Positions 9,315 to 19,844 of a stretch of 64,000 nucleotides of DNA are shown here, one piece after another. Origin of the DNA: an uncultured cyanobacterium (GTDB taxonomy: Bacteria; Cyanobacteriota; Cyanobacteriia; PCC-9006; JAAUQQ01); assembly GCA_963718615.1 (NCBI GenBank), contig OY970368.1, positions 1,728,001 through 1,792,000 of the forward strand. Direction: 5' to 3'. The number at the start of each line of letters is the position of its first letter. The stretch's first letter is position 1. Made by a program: the position numbers and the translations under genes. Under the pieces are notes generated by a model. That model searched no databases. It was not told where the DNA came from and saw only the letters and a list, made by a program, of their open reading frames with translations.

Positions 9315-10553
9315 TTATGACCAAAGGCGCTGCTGGGGTTGATAGTTTGGAAAAACTTGAGTAAGTTGCCGATCTGATAGTCTCATTCGTGTTTCTAAAA
9401 CGCGAATCAATACATCTCGGAAGTCAGTAGTGACCGGCAAATCCCGTCCTTCATGGAGTTGTAATTTGTCTAGGCCCTGCCAATTTCCATAGACTTTTTT
9501 GCCGGGTAGCTTGCCGCCCAACAGGAGCATGACGTTGCCATGGCCGTGGTCTGTTCCACCATTGCCGTTTTCCTGAAGCGTTCGCCCAAATTCAGACATC
9601 ACCACAATGGTTGTGGACTCAAATTGATGGCCTAATCCAGTTTTTAAAGCAACCAGCCCCTGACCCAACTGATTCAAATTGCGGGCCAATAGGCCTTGGC
9701 TTGCCCCTTGATTGACATGAGTATCCCAACCACCTAAATCCAAAAAAGCTAGCTGTACCCGTCCATCGTTTGCCATCACCCGAGCCAAACGTTGGGCATC
9801 TTGAACAAAGCCTTTGGGCAAAGGAGCGCCATTATTGGCTGCGGTCATTTCGCGCTGGGTTGCCGATTGCAATGCCTGTCGGGCAGCTTGGGCCTCTTGA
9901 TACACTGAGCCAAGTTTTTGGTCGTGCAGATAAAGACGGTCAAAGGCCTGCGCAATTGGCGGGCGATCAAGGGCTAAAACCTTCTCTGCGGCCCGTCCTG
10001 CCGCTAAGGAGGCAACGGGGGCAGGACCAGCAAGAATTCTAGGCATAGCATTGCCGACATTCAGGGCTTGAATGGGATTACTGGCTTGGCTGAAGGTTCT
10101 CAAGAGGCGATTCATCCAGCCATCCGCCGTTCGTTTGCTCCCCGGTGTCCCGCTTTCCATGTCATTTTGGGCATCGAAATGCGATCGCGTCGTTTCCATC
10201 AATCCGCAGTTTTGCACCAAGGCCAACTGTTGCTGTTGCCACAGGGGTAGTAGCATGGCGAGCTGGGGATGGAGGGCGAATTGAGGATTGAGGGCGATCG
10301 CCCCCTCTGATTGCCCTTCTGATTGCCCAGGACGAGGAATGGCAATGCTGGGTCTTGCTTCATAGTAAGCTTTTTCTTGATAAGGTACCAGTACATTTAA
10401 ACCATCTACCGCCCCCCGCAAAAAAATGACAATTAGGCGATGCTCTGGCGTTGACGCGGCATGGGAACGAGCTATCCAGCTATGACACCCCAAAGTCGTT
10501 CCGGCAGCAGCAGCAAAGGGACCTAGCCCTCGTAAAAACTGACGACGTTGCAT
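9315..10553 (-). CDS. DUF1501 family protein, Tat-exported
   Basis: MQRRQFL Tat signal; FLRGAVDGL, RSHFDAQ, GGWDTH, SEFGRT..ENGNGGTDHGHG motifs. Confidence 0.9.
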   Translation of the reverse strand: MQRRQFLRGLGPFAAAAGTTLGCHSWIARSHAASTPEHRLIVIFLRGAVDGLNVLVPYQEKAYYEARPSIAIPRPGQSEGQSEGAIALNPQFALHPQLAMLLPLWQQQQLALVQNCGLMETTRSHFDAQNDMESGTPGSKRTADGWMNRLLRTFSQASNPIQALNVGNAMPRILAGPAPVASLAAGRAAEKVLALDRPPIAQAFDRLYLHDQKLGSVYQEAQAARQALQSATQREMTAANNGAPLPKGFVQDAQRLARVMANDGRVQLAFLDLGGWDTHVNQGASQGLLARNLNQLGQGLVALKTGLGHQFESTTIVVMSEFGRTLQENGNGGTDHGHGNVMLLLGGKLPGKKVYGNWQGLDKLQLHEGRDLPVTTDFRDVLIRVLETRMRLSDRQLTQVFPNYQPQQRLWS

Positions 10554-10556
10554 GAT

Positions 10557-12014
10557 TTATCTCCACATCATTTCAGGACTACCGAGGATGAGCGCAGCGC
10601 GCAAATGGGGCGGCGCACTTTGAATGGCGGTTTGGCTCTGGGGAGAAAGTACAGAACTGAATTGCTGAAGCAACCTTTCTGAACCAGCTTTAGGGGGCTG
10701 TTGTCGCATCAAAACCGTAACGAAATCTAGGCGACGGGCCAAGCCATCGGGATTCAGCCAAGCCCTTTGGGTATTGGCATAGCCATCGGGGGTCGGGCAG
10801 CCATAGATAGGCATTCCCAATTGTCGAAGCGTATTTTGCAGCAATTTGAAATTCTGAGGATCCGTTTCTGACTGTCTGAGCGTAGCGAGCACGAATTGAT
10901 AGGGGGTTTTGAATTTGCTCCATCGATATGGGGTGTCCCAAAAGACCGGATCGTGAAACAGGGTATTGAGAACGGCGCGAATATCTCCCTGGCTGGATTG
11001 AAAGGTTTGCGTGAGGCGATCGACCAAGGGTTGAGGGGGCTGATCGGCGACAAAGTACTGCGCCAGTTTGTAACTAATATGCCGAGCAGTCGCAGGATGC
11101 TGGGCCAAAATATCTAAGGCTTGTTCGACTTCGGCTTGACCAGAACCTTTGAGGGTTTGACCCAGCAACACCTTATTGCTAAAGTCATGCCGCTGAGGGA
11201 CAAACTTAAAATTGGTTTGCTGTTGACTTGGATCTGCATTCATTTGCAGACTCCACCCCGTCAAAATCTGCGCCAGCGCCATCACATCGCTTTGCTGATA
11301 GCCCCCCTCAACACCCAGGGTATGGAGCTCCATGAGTTCCCGAGCATAGTTCTCATTGAGTCCCTTAAACTGGCCTTTTGCTCCTGCACTTTTAGGATCT
11401 GTATTACGCCAATTATCTAAATAAAATAGCATTGCTGGATGTCGAGCAGTTGCCCCAAGCAGCTCACGAAAATGGCCTAGGGCATAGGGGCGAATGGCCT
11501 CCCACTCATAGGACCCAACCCAAACCTTGGTGCGATCTTTACCAGAATAAACATTGAAATGATTAAACCAAAAAGCCACCATCACTTCCTGGAGTTGATC
11601 GGGGCTTTTTAGGGCACTTTGGATTCTGGCTTCGGTGGCTTCTTCGAGCACTTTTCGGGCAAATGCCTGGTTCGGTTTAACGGGTTTTTCCTGCCCCTGT
11701 TTTAAGGGAGGACGAAACTGTTGGTTGAGCTGAACGGAATTCAGCTTGAGGGTTTGAAACTCCGCGAGTTGCTTACGGAGCTGAGGCGATTTGACACCCC
11801 CCGATGGATTGAGTTGTTGTTCGAGATAGCGATCGATGCCAATCGTTTGAACCTGCTGAATCTCGCTGGCGGTTGGGCCAAAGCTAATGCGGTTGAGCAG
11901 ATGAATCGCATCTTCGAGGGAACTGGGAGCGGCGATCGCCCTCCCCCCAAAACTGCCCCAAAGCAGAAGCAACAGCCCCAAAGTCCGCCCCAGTCGAGTC
12001 CAAAACTTATCCAT
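10557..12014 (-). CDS. DUF1800 family protein
   Basis: HLLNRISFGP, FWFNHFNV, PAMLFYLDN, NENYARELMELHTLGV motifs; adjacent to DUF1501. Confidence 0.9.
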   Translation of the reverse strand: MDKFWTRLGRTLGLLLLLWGSFGGRAIAAPSSLEDAIHLLNRISFGPTASEIQQVQTIGIDRYLEQQLNPSGGVKSPQLRKQLAEFQTLKLNSVQLNQQFRPPLKQGQEKPVKPNQAFARKVLEEATEARIQSALKSPDQLQEVMVAFWFNHFNVYSGKDRTKVWVGSYEWEAIRPYALGHFRELLGATARHPAMLFYLDNWRNTDPKSAGAKGQFKGLNENYARELMELHTLGVEGGYQQSDVMALAQILTGWSLQMNADPSQQQTNFKFVPQRHDFSNKVLLGQTLKGSGQAEVEQALDILAQHPATARHISYKLAQYFVADQPPQPLVDRLTQTFQSSQGDIRAVLNTLFHDPVFWDTPYRWSKFKTPYQFVLATLRQSETDPQNFKLLQNTLRQLGMPIYGCPTPDGYANTQRAWLNPDGLARRLDFVTVLMRQQPPKAGSERLLQQFSSVLSPQSQTAIQSAPPHLRAALILGSPEMMWR

Positions 12015-12226
12015 GGTTTTCAGGGTTAGGCGTCGTAGCCTCGATCAAGATAACCTCGATCAAGATAACAATGGCAAGATGCGGCTTTAGGCAATGACTC
12101 TAGGATTATTATAGAAGCCCTGCAAGCGGTGTGGTGGGTCGAACACTGATACTTTTTGTCATAATTCATACAATCTTCCAGGGATTGTGTTAGACCTCGT
12201 ACAGCTTTTCAATCGGGCAGAAAACC

Positions 12227-13090
12227 ATGTCTCTCGGAACTGTGATCGTGGGTGGGGCGATCGCCCTCAGTATCGCTAGCGCTGGGCTCAAACTGGATCG
12301 CGAGTACCAGCGAGGCGTGATTTTCCGCTTGGGCCGCAGCAAGGCCGTGCGGGGGCCGGGGCTCTATTGGGTGGTACCTTGGGTGGATCAAAAAGTACAG
12401 GTAGATATTCGGACCCGGACAGTGAGCATTGAGCCCCAGGAAACGGTTACTGCCGACAGCGTCACCATCAAAGTCAATGCGGTGCTGTACTATCGCATTT
12501 TAGACCCCAATAAAGCCATTAATCGAGTCGAAGATTATAAATTAGCGGTGTATCAGGCGGCAATGACCACCTTGCGCAATGTGGTGGGGCAAAATCCCTT
12601 GGATGATGTGCTGCAAAATCGCGATCGCATCAATCACAAAGTCCAGGAAATTGTCGATGAAATCACCGAACCTTGGGGCATTGTCATCGAGCGGGTTGAA
12701 ATGAAGGACGTGGAAATTCCCCTGGGCATGCAGCGGGCCATGGCCAAGGAGGCAGAAGCTTTGCGGGAAAAACGCGCCCGTGTGATTAAAGCCGCAGCGG
12801 AACAAGAAGCCTCCATTAAACTCGCGGAAGCCTCCCAGAATATCAGCGCCAATCCCATCGCCCTAGAGCTGCGGCGTCTGCAAATGTTGACGGAGGTGGG
12901 CGCGGAAAACAACACGATGACGGTGGTGATGATTCCCTCAGAATTGGTCAGTATGGCGGGGAAATTGGGCAGTTTACAGCAAACGATGCAGCCATATAAT
13001 CCAGCTCCGATCGAAATTCCCACGGTTCTTCCCAATCCGTCGTCCTCCTCATCGACCGTCGATACGACCCACTTGGACCACAACCTCTAG
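12227..13090 (+). CDS. SPFH/band 7 (stomatin-like, slipin) membrane protein
   Basis: EYQRGVIFRLGR, TTLRNVVG, WGIVIERVEMKDV, AMAKEAEA.RE.RA motifs. Confidence 0.9.
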   Translation: MSLGTVIVGGAIALSIASAGLKLDREYQRGVIFRLGRSKAVRGPGLYWVVPWVDQKVQVDIRTRTVSIEPQETVTADSVTIKVNAVLYYRILDPNKAINRVEDYKLAVYQAAMTTLRNVVGQNPLDDVLQNRDRINHKVQEIVDEITEPWGIVIERVEMKDVEIPLGMQRAMAKEAEALREKRARVIKAAAEQEASIKLAEASQNISANPIALELRRLQMLTEVGAENNTMTVVMIPSELVSMAGKLGSLQQTMQPYNPAPIEIPTVLPNPSSSSSTVDTTHLDHNL

Positions 13091-13999
13091 GGGTTCGTCA
13101 CCTAGCCCCGTATAACGGGCACGGATGCGACTGTTTGGTTGTACTGGCACGAGAGGAGTCATTGTGCCGAGAGAAAGCAGATCCCCTGGTTTGAGCTGGA
13201 TTCCAGCAGCACGCAAGTCATCTCGCAACCAGCGCACAGCCTCCAGCGGATGTCCCAGCAAAGCGTTGCTTTCGCCGCTAGCCAGCACAGTCCCCTGGGT
13301 GTCGAGTATGTCTAGGTGAATCTGGCCTAGGCGTGCTTCCCAGTCTGGGGTGGGTTCTAGGGCGATCGCCTCCCCCATCACCCCTAGCCGTGCCCCCGCA
13401 TTAATCGCCACCAATGCTGGAGCCCTAAGTCCCTTGGCATTGCCATAGACCCGATCCGGCAGCTCGATAAACGGAATCACTGCATCCAATGCCGCCAAGA
13501 TTTCGGCTCGGCTGGACGCAGTATTAATCGCCTCACTGCCCACCCGCACCATTAAATCCCCTTCGCTCAAGGGAAATGTCCCAAAGTTAGGATCGACGGT
13601 TGCCCCGGAGGGCAACAGCATTTGTTGCAGCAACATGCCCCGCAAGGGGTGTTGAACTTGAAACTGAGCTTGGGCCTTGGGATTGGTTAGGGCCGCTTTA
13701 TAGCCAACGATCGGCCCCATTTGGGGCTGTAAGGCTTGAATAAAAAGGGTACGAATCTGCTGGGCCTGCCTCAGCGTCAGGCTACCGGGAGGCGACAAGG
13801 CAGGCTGCTTTTGTCGATAATTGCTAACGAGTGCAGTGGCCAGGTGAACCCAATAGGGAGTGTGTTGAATGCGGGGGGTAGGGAGTGGGAAGGCTGTGGG
13901 CGGAATGGGGGACTGGGCCAGCGAGGGTGAAGCGAATCCTAGCCCTATGCCCCACAAGAGACTGGTCCAAGTTTTAGTAAAGTGATGACGGCGAACCAT
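13049..13999 (-). CDS. 2-keto-4-pentenoate hydratase-like (FAA hydrolase superfamily) protein with N-terminal signal peptide
   Basis: VGYKAALTN, PFIELPD, LGHPLEAVRWL, LKPGDLLSLGT motifs. Confidence 0.8.
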   Translation of the reverse strand: MVRRHHFTKTWTSLLWGIGLGFASPSLAQSPIPPTAFPLPTPRIQHTPYWVHLATALVSNYRQKQPALSPPGSLTLRQAQQIRTLFIQALQPQMGPIVGYKAALTNPKAQAQFQVQHPLRGMLLQQMLLPSGATVDPNFGTFPLSEGDLMVRVGSEAINTASSRAEILAALDAVIPFIELPDRVYGNAKGLRAPALVAINAGARLGVMGEAIALEPTPDWEARLGQIHLDILDTQGTVLASGESNALLGHPLEAVRWLRDDLRAAGIQLKPGDLLSLGTMTPLVPVQPNSRIRARYTGLGDEPLEVVVQVGRIDGR

Positions 14000-14027
14000 G
14001 GGAGCCTCTCTTTAATCTGAAATCTGA

Positions 14028-14627
14028 TTAATCTGAATCCTGATTTTGTAATAAGCCCTTTAGTTGTTGCTGCAAAACAGTCTGCTCTTGACTCAGCTCG
14101 TCGAGACGACAGAGAATTGCTTTCACTTGGGCGTCCGGTGTCAAATCGCTGAGATTGAGGCTACTGCTGGAGCGGTTGCTAAACAGTCGACCGGGCGGGA
14201 GTTGGAATAGCTTCTGGGTAGGAGGGCTGAGCCGCCGAGCCAGCCAGCGCACGGGCCAGCCCAAAATCATGAGCCAAGTCTTGGGGCTGAGCAAAAACTG
14301 AATCGCGTTAATCGCCAAAACTACAACCACAATGATCATCAGCCCCGCAATTAAGGGATGCTGAATGGCCCAAGCCAGGGGCCAATGGACCTGGAGCCAT
14401 TGCTGAATAGGGTCCGAGAGTGCCGCTTGCAGTTGATGGGCGATCGCCTCATTCGTCGCCTTAATTGCCTGTATGCCCCGACTCAGGAAAGATTGCGATC
14501 GCGCGGTCCATTGCTGCAACTGAGACCAGAAACTGCCAAGGTCAAGGGCGAGCGGCATGGCAACAGCCTTGAAAAACTCCAGCGCTAGTTTAACCCGCTT
14601 CCCCTGCATAAGCAGACCGAAGCTCAC
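14028..14627 (-). CDS. Hypothetical membrane protein
   Basis: 199-aa ORF with a central hydrophobic helix and C-terminal coiled coil; start uncertain. Confidence 0.5.
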   Translation of the reverse strand: MSFGLLMQGKRVKLALEFFKAVAMPLALDLGSFWSQLQQWTARSQSFLSRGIQAIKATNEAIAHQLQAALSDPIQQWLQVHWPLAWAIQHPLIAGLMIIVVVVLAINAIQFLLSPKTWLMILGWPVRWLARRLSPPTQKLFQLPPGRLFSNRSSSSLNLSDLTPDAQVKAILCRLDELSQEQTVLQQQLKGLLQNQDSD

Positions 14628-14710
14628 CGAAATAATCCTTGTGGCTCCTGTAGATTCCTATAGCGAACGGCCCTCGTTCATTCCACCTCCCACTTATCCA
14701 GGTTTGAATC

Positions 14711-15430
14711 ATGGCTCCTTTTCTAACGCGATCGCCCCTCCTTTTCTCCCTAGCCTTGAGCACCGTTTTCGCCTACGGCAGCGCACCGGCCCAAGCCCGT
14801 CCCCAGGCAGATGGCCTCGGCTTAGTGGATCCCGCTGGTCAAGCTGCCTTGGTGGGGATTGGCCCTGGGTTAGAGCGGGGAGACTACACCTACTATGCCC
14901 ATGCCCTGGGTCGCAAAACGGTGGGGACGATTGAACTGAGCACGATTGAAAATAAGCTGGCGTCTGGTCGGTTTGAAGAACACAGTTTGGAGGGTCGCGA
15001 AGGCTGCAAAGGCCGATTTTCACTCCGACTCACGAGCCCCCGCAGCACCCGTGCCCAGGACATGCGGTTCAATGGCTTTTGGCAAATTGAAGGGGCTGTT
15101 TCAGGCTCAACCTGTTCTAAGGTGGGTCAGTCCTATACGCTCCAGGACATGCGCTGGGATCGCTTGCCCCAGTCGGTGGTGGCCAGCGCGACGGCGATTA
15201 GCCGTGGAACACTGACGGCTCAGGTGGAAAGTAGCCGGATTGGGTTGCGCACCCAGGCGAGTTTGGGGTCGGATACCCATCACTATGGGAAAGTGGGCGA
15301 TCGCCTCCAGATGATCAGCAGCACCTTTGGCCAAGATGGCTATCTGTGGTACCAAGTTAAACTCTCTTCCAGCGGAGCTCAAGGCTGGGTACGAGGGGAT
15401 TTGGTTAGCCCTGATTTTGCAGGCTTTTGA
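14711..15430 (+). CDS. Secreted protein with C-terminal bacterial SH3 domain
   Basis: Signal peptide; HYGKVGDRL...DGYLWYQVK...GWVRGDLV SH3b pattern. Confidence 0.7.
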   Translation: MAPFLTRSPLLFSLALSTVFAYGSAPAQARPQADGLGLVDPAGQAALVGIGPGLERGDYTYYAHALGRKTVGTIELSTIENKLASGRFEEHSLEGREGCKGRFSLRLTSPRSTRAQDMRFNGFWQIEGAVSGSTCSKVGQSYTLQDMRWDRLPQSVVASATAISRGTLTAQVESSRIGLRTQASLGSDTHHYGKVGDRLQMISSTFGQDGYLWYQVKLSSSGAQGWVRGDLVSPDFAGF

Positions 15431-15624
15431 CAATTAAGGTGAACGCCAAAATTATGACAGTTCTGGGATAGCGTCATGGGTTTAGGGGAGGCGATCGCTA
15501 TGGAGTAGCTCCCTAATCTTTCACCCAGCCCTAATTTCTCACCTCAGTCGTTCCATCGTATTGCAAATGCTAATCTAGAAAACGCCTAAAACACCACTAG
15601 CCCCCACAAGCAAAGGACCGGCCC

Positions 15625-17430
15625 ATGCGACTGTCTCAGATGCTCCTCGTTACCCTGCGCGAAGACCCCGCAGAGGCCGAAATCCCCAGCCACAAGCTGC
15701 TGCTGCGGGCGGGCTATATTCGCCGCATTGCCAGCGGTATCTACGCCTATCTGCCGCTGATGCAGCGCGTCTTGCAAAAGGTCTCCCAGATCGTCCGCGA
15801 AGAAATGAACGCCACCGGGGCGCTGGAATGCCTCTTGCCCCAGCTTCAGCCCGCCGAACTCTGGCAGGAATCGGGCCGCTGGGACATGTACACCAAGGCC
15901 GAGGGCATTATGTTCACCCTCACCGATCGCCAAACCCGCGACCTTGGCCTCGGCCCCACCCACGAAGAAATCATCACCGCTGTCGCCCGCGACCTGATCC
16001 GTTCCTATCGCCAACTGCCGGTCAATCTCTATCAAATTCAAACCAAATTTCGCGATGAAATTCGCCCTCGATTTGGCCTGATGCGTGGGCGCGAGTTCAT
16101 CATGAAAGATGCCTACTCATTCCACGCCAGCGAAGCAAGCCTGCGGGACACCTACGCCGACATGGACCAAGCCTATCGCAACATGTTCCGGCGTTGTGGG
16201 CTCAACTTTCAGGCCGTGCAGGCGGATTCTGGGGCCATTGGCGGGTCGGCTTCCCAGGAATTCATGATCCTTGCCGACGCCGGAGAAGACGAAATCCTCT
16301 ACACCGACGACGATCAATACGCTGCCAACGTGGAAAAGGCGATGTCGCTGCCCGAAGCTGCGGTTCCGTCTGGGTTCAAAGCCTACCAAAAGATCGAAAC
16401 GCCCAATACCCCAACGATCGCCTCCCTCGCCGAATTCCTCGATTGTTCCCCCACCCAAATTGTCAAAAATGTTCTCTATCAAGCCGTCTACGACAACGGC
16501 AAAACGGTTTTAGTGCTGGTTAGCATTCGCGGCGATCAAGACGTGAACGAAGTCAAAATCACCAACGAACTCACTCGCCAATCGACCCACTACGGCGCAA
16601 CCACACTCATTGCCCTAACGGTTCCCGATGCCGATGCTCAGCAAAAATGGGCGGCGAAACCGTTGCCTTTGGGCTATATTGCCCCGGACCTGGGCGATGA
16701 CTATATCGCGAAAAATAAGGACGTTGCCCCTCAATTTTTGCGCCTCATTGACCCCACCGCTGCCGAGCTGAAAAACTTTGTTACCGGCTCCAATGAAAGT
16801 GGTTTTCACACCGTTGGCGGCAACTGGGATAAAGAGTACAAATTGCCCAAAATTCAACTGGATTTGCGCACGGCAAAAGCGGGCGATCGCGCCCTCCACG
16901 ACCCCAGCCAAATCCTCAAAACCGCCCGAGGCATCGAAGCGGGTCACATCTTCCAATTGGGCCTCAAATATTCCCAGGCCATGAACGCCAGCTTCACCAC
17001 AGAATCCGGCGAATCCCAACCGATTTGGATGGGCTGCTATGGCGTCGGCGTTTCCCGCGTGGCCCAAGCCGCCGTGGAACAATCCCACGACGAAAACGGC
17101 ATTATCTGGCCCGTGGCGATCGCCCCCTACCACGCCATCGTTGTCGTTCCCAATATCAAAGACGAAGCAGCCTTTGCCGCTGGGGAAACGCTCTACCAGG
17201 AGATGAACGCCGCCGGCATCGAAACCCTCTTAGACGATCGGCCCGAGCGAGCGGGGGTGAAGTTTAAGGATGCAGAATTAATCGGTATTCCCTATCGGAT
17301 TGTCACCGGGCGATCGCTCAAGGACGGCAAAGTCGAAGTTGTCCAGCGGGCCAGTGGGGAGAAGCAGGAGATTGCTCTAGGGGAGGTCGTTGCGACGATT
17401 CAGTCCTGGATCGCGGCGGCGATCGCCTAG
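15625..17430 (+). CDS. proS: Proline--tRNA ligase
   Basis: [55 protein letters not shown] motifs. Confidence 0.98.
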   Translation: MRLSQMLLVTLREDPAEAEIPSHKLLLRAGYIRRIASGIYAYLPLMQRVLQKVSQIVREEMNATGALECLLPQLQPAELWQESGRWDMYTKAEGIMFTLTDRQTRDLGLGPTHEEIITAVARDLIRSYRQLPVNLYQIQTKFRDEIRPRFGLMRGREFIMKDAYSFHASEASLRDTYADMDQAYRNMFRRCGLNFQAVQADSGAIGGSASQEFMILADAGEDEILYTDDDQYAANVEKAMSLPEAAVPSGFKAYQKIETPNTPTIASLAEFLDCSPTQIVKNVLYQAVYDNGKTVLVLVSIRGDQDVNEVKITNELTRQSTHYGATTLIALTVPDADAQQKWAAKPLPLGYIAPDLGDDYIAKNKDVAPQFLRLIDPTAAELKNFVTGSNESGFHTVGGNWDKEYKLPKIQLDLRTAKAGDRALHDPSQILKTARGIEAGHIFQLGLKYSQAMNASFTTESGESQPIWMGCYGVGVSRVAQAAVEQSHDENGIIWPVAIAPYHAIVVVPNIKDEAAFAAGETLYQEMNAAGIETLLDDRPERAGVKFKDAELIGIPYRIVTGRSLKDGKVEVVQRASGEKQEIALGEVVATIQSWIAAAIA

Positions 17431-17918
17431 GGCAGACGCATACAAGCCTCCATCAGCTTCGCATTGTAAATCCACTGCGCCACCTGTCCGGCACTAGGCG
17501 TGAGGTCTCGCCGATGGAGCACCGTAACATGTAGTCGCAGAAGCTGCGGATGGAGGCGATGGGCTGAGGCTTCTGCCAGACGGGCCACGGAGCTAATGCC
17601 CGCATGGAGCAACAGACCGCAATAGATGCAGCCCACGCCGGGAACCCGCGCTAGGTCAGCCAAAGCGGTCCATTTGAGTAGATATTTGTTGTGTATCTGG
17701 AGCTGGGCGATTAGCCGTTGCCGATTTTCAGGGTGCTGAACCCGGCGCAGAAGGTCAAACGTCGTCTGAATCCCTAGGGCGGTTAACTGGGATTGTTCTG
17801 TCGTGCTAAGCCCAGGTAACTGACCAATGGCCCAGTTTTGGGACTGTAACGCGTGAGGGTCTGACGGGGACGACGCCCGCCGTTTGAGCTGGGGCCGTTG
17901 GGGTTGGAGAGGTGCCAT
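17427..17918 (-). CDS. DUF4332 domain protein
   Basis: [25 protein letters not shown] motif. Confidence 0.75.
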   Translation of the reverse strand: MAPLQPQRPQLKRRASSPSDPHALQSQNWAIGQLPGLSTTEQSQLTALGIQTTFDLLRRVQHPENRQRLIAQLQIHNKYLLKWTALADLARVPGVGCIYCGLLLHAGISSVARLAEASAHRLHPQLLRLHVTVLHRRDLTPSAGQVAQWIYNAKLMEACMRLP

Positions 17919-18121
17919 GGAGATCAGGTCAGGAGAGACTGCTATTTTATCGGGGGAAAGGGGGGGATAGAGTTAGGAATCAGGAACCAAAGAAAATTGC
18001 CGCAGTCAGGGAAGTCTAGATCTATATGTTAAAAGGTTTCTATCAAGGTTTCTGCCGCCGGATTCAGCCGTTAATTCCCCCATGCATCTGCCGCCATTGG
18101 CTCTGTCCCTATCGTCTTCCT

Positions 18122-19351
18122 ATGCCTAGATCTCGGTTTCAATCCCGCCTTGCCAACGCTTGGCTACTGGGCCTCGCGTTTATCGGGTTCTGTCCGCTGC
18201 TCCCCCCTCCAGCGACAGCCGCAGCGCTGACCTGTCCGCAGGTGTCCCAGGCCCAATCCACCCTAGAGCTTTCCCAATCGGCGGTTTATCTGACGCTGTT
18301 GCAGCGGAGTTGGGTGGCCTATCGCGATCGCTTTGTCCAACCCGATGGCCATGTGATTGATTTTCAAGCACCGGATCAGCACACCACCTCCGAGGGGCAA
18401 GCCTATACGATGCTGCGGGCGGTGTTGATTAATGACCAAGAGACGTTCGATCGCACGCTAACTTGGGCCGAAAGACATCTCGATCGCCCCATGGATTCCC
18501 TCTGGTCCTGGAAATGGTTACCCCAGGGCGGAGTGCAGGATATTAATTTTGCAACGGATGCTGATATTGATGCAGCAACTGCGTTGATTTTTGCAGCTCG
18601 GCGCTGGAACTGTCCAGCCTATTTGGCCTTGGCCCAAACCAAACTGCGGGACATTTGGGCCAATTCCGTGGTAGAAGCCCAAGGCCGTTACTATTTGCTA
18701 CCCGGTCCCCGAACCGCATTTTGGCACAGGCCAGAGGAGATGGTGCTTAATCCATCCTATTTTGCTCCCTATGCCTATCGATTGTTTGCGCAGGTGGACC
18801 CGTTGGGGAAAAGCAATCCTGATCGCCGCTGGTCCCAATTGGTCACTGATAGCTACAGCGCTCTAGACCAGATTGCCGCAGTCTCGGAGAAACGTTTGCC
18901 TGCGGATTGGATTGTGCTCGATCCCACGACGGGGCGGTATGGACCGGTGCCGACAACGCGGCAGGGGTTGCGATCGCAATACAGCTTCGATGCCTACCGG
19001 GTCTGGTGGCGCATTGCCCTAGATGCCACCTGGTTCCGTTCGCCCAGGGCCAAAGCCTATCTCCGCGAAAATCTGGGCTACCTGGTCCAGCAGTGGCATG
19101 AGCAACAGAAAATTCCAGCGGTTCTCAGCTTGTCGGGCGAGGCCCAAGTCGAATACGAAGCCTTGGCCCAGTATGCGGCTCTCTATCCAGCCCTCAAGCA
19201 AGTAGATGCAGATGCGGCCTTTGAAATCTTTACCCAAAAGTTGCTGCCCCAATACAAACAAGGCATTTGGGAAAACGAAAACGCCTATTACACCCAAAAT
19301 TTGATTTGGTTTTCGCTCCTCCCTCAACAACCGCCTGTTGAAATTCGATGA
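18122..19351 (+). CDS. Glycoside hydrolase family 8 (endoglucanase-like), secreted
   Basis: TTSEGQAY.ML.AV, ATDAD, NPSYFAP, YSFDAYRV motifs; ATG 18122 gives a signal peptide (ORF track starts 18026). Confidence 0.85.
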   Translation: MPRSRFQSRLANAWLLGLAFIGFCPLLPPPATAAALTCPQVSQAQSTLELSQSAVYLTLLQRSWVAYRDRFVQPDGHVIDFQAPDQHTTSEGQAYTMLRAVLINDQETFDRTLTWAERHLDRPMDSLWSWKWLPQGGVQDINFATDADIDAATALIFAARRWNCPAYLALAQTKLRDIWANSVVEAQGRYYLLPGPRTAFWHRPEEMVLNPSYFAPYAYRLFAQVDPLGKSNPDRRWSQLVTDSYSALDQIAAVSEKRLPADWIVLDPTTGRYGPVPTTRQGLRSQYSFDAYRVWWRIALDATWFRSPRAKAYLRENLGYLVQQWHEQQKIPAVLSLSGEAQVEYEALAQYAALYPALKQVDADAAFEIFTQKLLPQYKQGIWENENAYYTQNLIWFSLLPQQPPVEIR

Positions 19352-19406
19352 ACTTCCAAAGAAAATCATGAGAAAATTAAAATAAAAAGTTCAAAATAAG
19401 GTTCAA

Positions 19407-19538
19407 TACTGATTGGCTGACACAACTCCTGAAACTCATTCGGTTGGGTTAAGTCCTGGCTAAATCTAGCTGAGTTTGTGCATGTTGGGTTTCGTGCCTC
19501 AACCCAACCTACGCATCAAAGATGTGTCAATCAATTCG
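19407..19538. mobile_element. MITE/REP-like small element
   Basis: Imperfect terminal inverted repeats (gattggctgacaca ... tgtgtcaatcaatt), internal hairpin gttgggtttcgtgcctcaacccaacctacg, flanked on both sides by ggttcaa. Confidence 0.5.
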
Positions 19539-19844
19539 GGTTCAAAATGTGGATTATATTCTCAAATATAAACTTATATGGAAGACCAATAAAAGCAGTT
19601 AATCAAATCTAAGAATTTGATTTTTGAAAAGCTATTTTTTCAGATCTTCTCGAAGTCTGAGTTGTCAGCGTAAGCTAAACAATGTATGATTACTTACGAT
19701 TATTAGCATAAAACTGAGGCGAATCAATTTTCAAAAATTTTTATAAAAAACTTTAAGTTAGCCTTCCCATGCCTAAGCGTCGTAGCGATTCAAAGCACGA
19801 CTCAACGCGAGAAACTCAACATTACAAAACTTAAGGAAACAGCA

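Noticed and set aside
15586-17267. Several 100-170 aa antisense or alternate-frame ORFs over proS (similarly over chlI, the ABC ATPase, DAHP synthase, glgA and SpoIID genes)
   Set aside because: Shadow ORFs from GC-rich codon usage in clearly identified genes; no motifs of their own.
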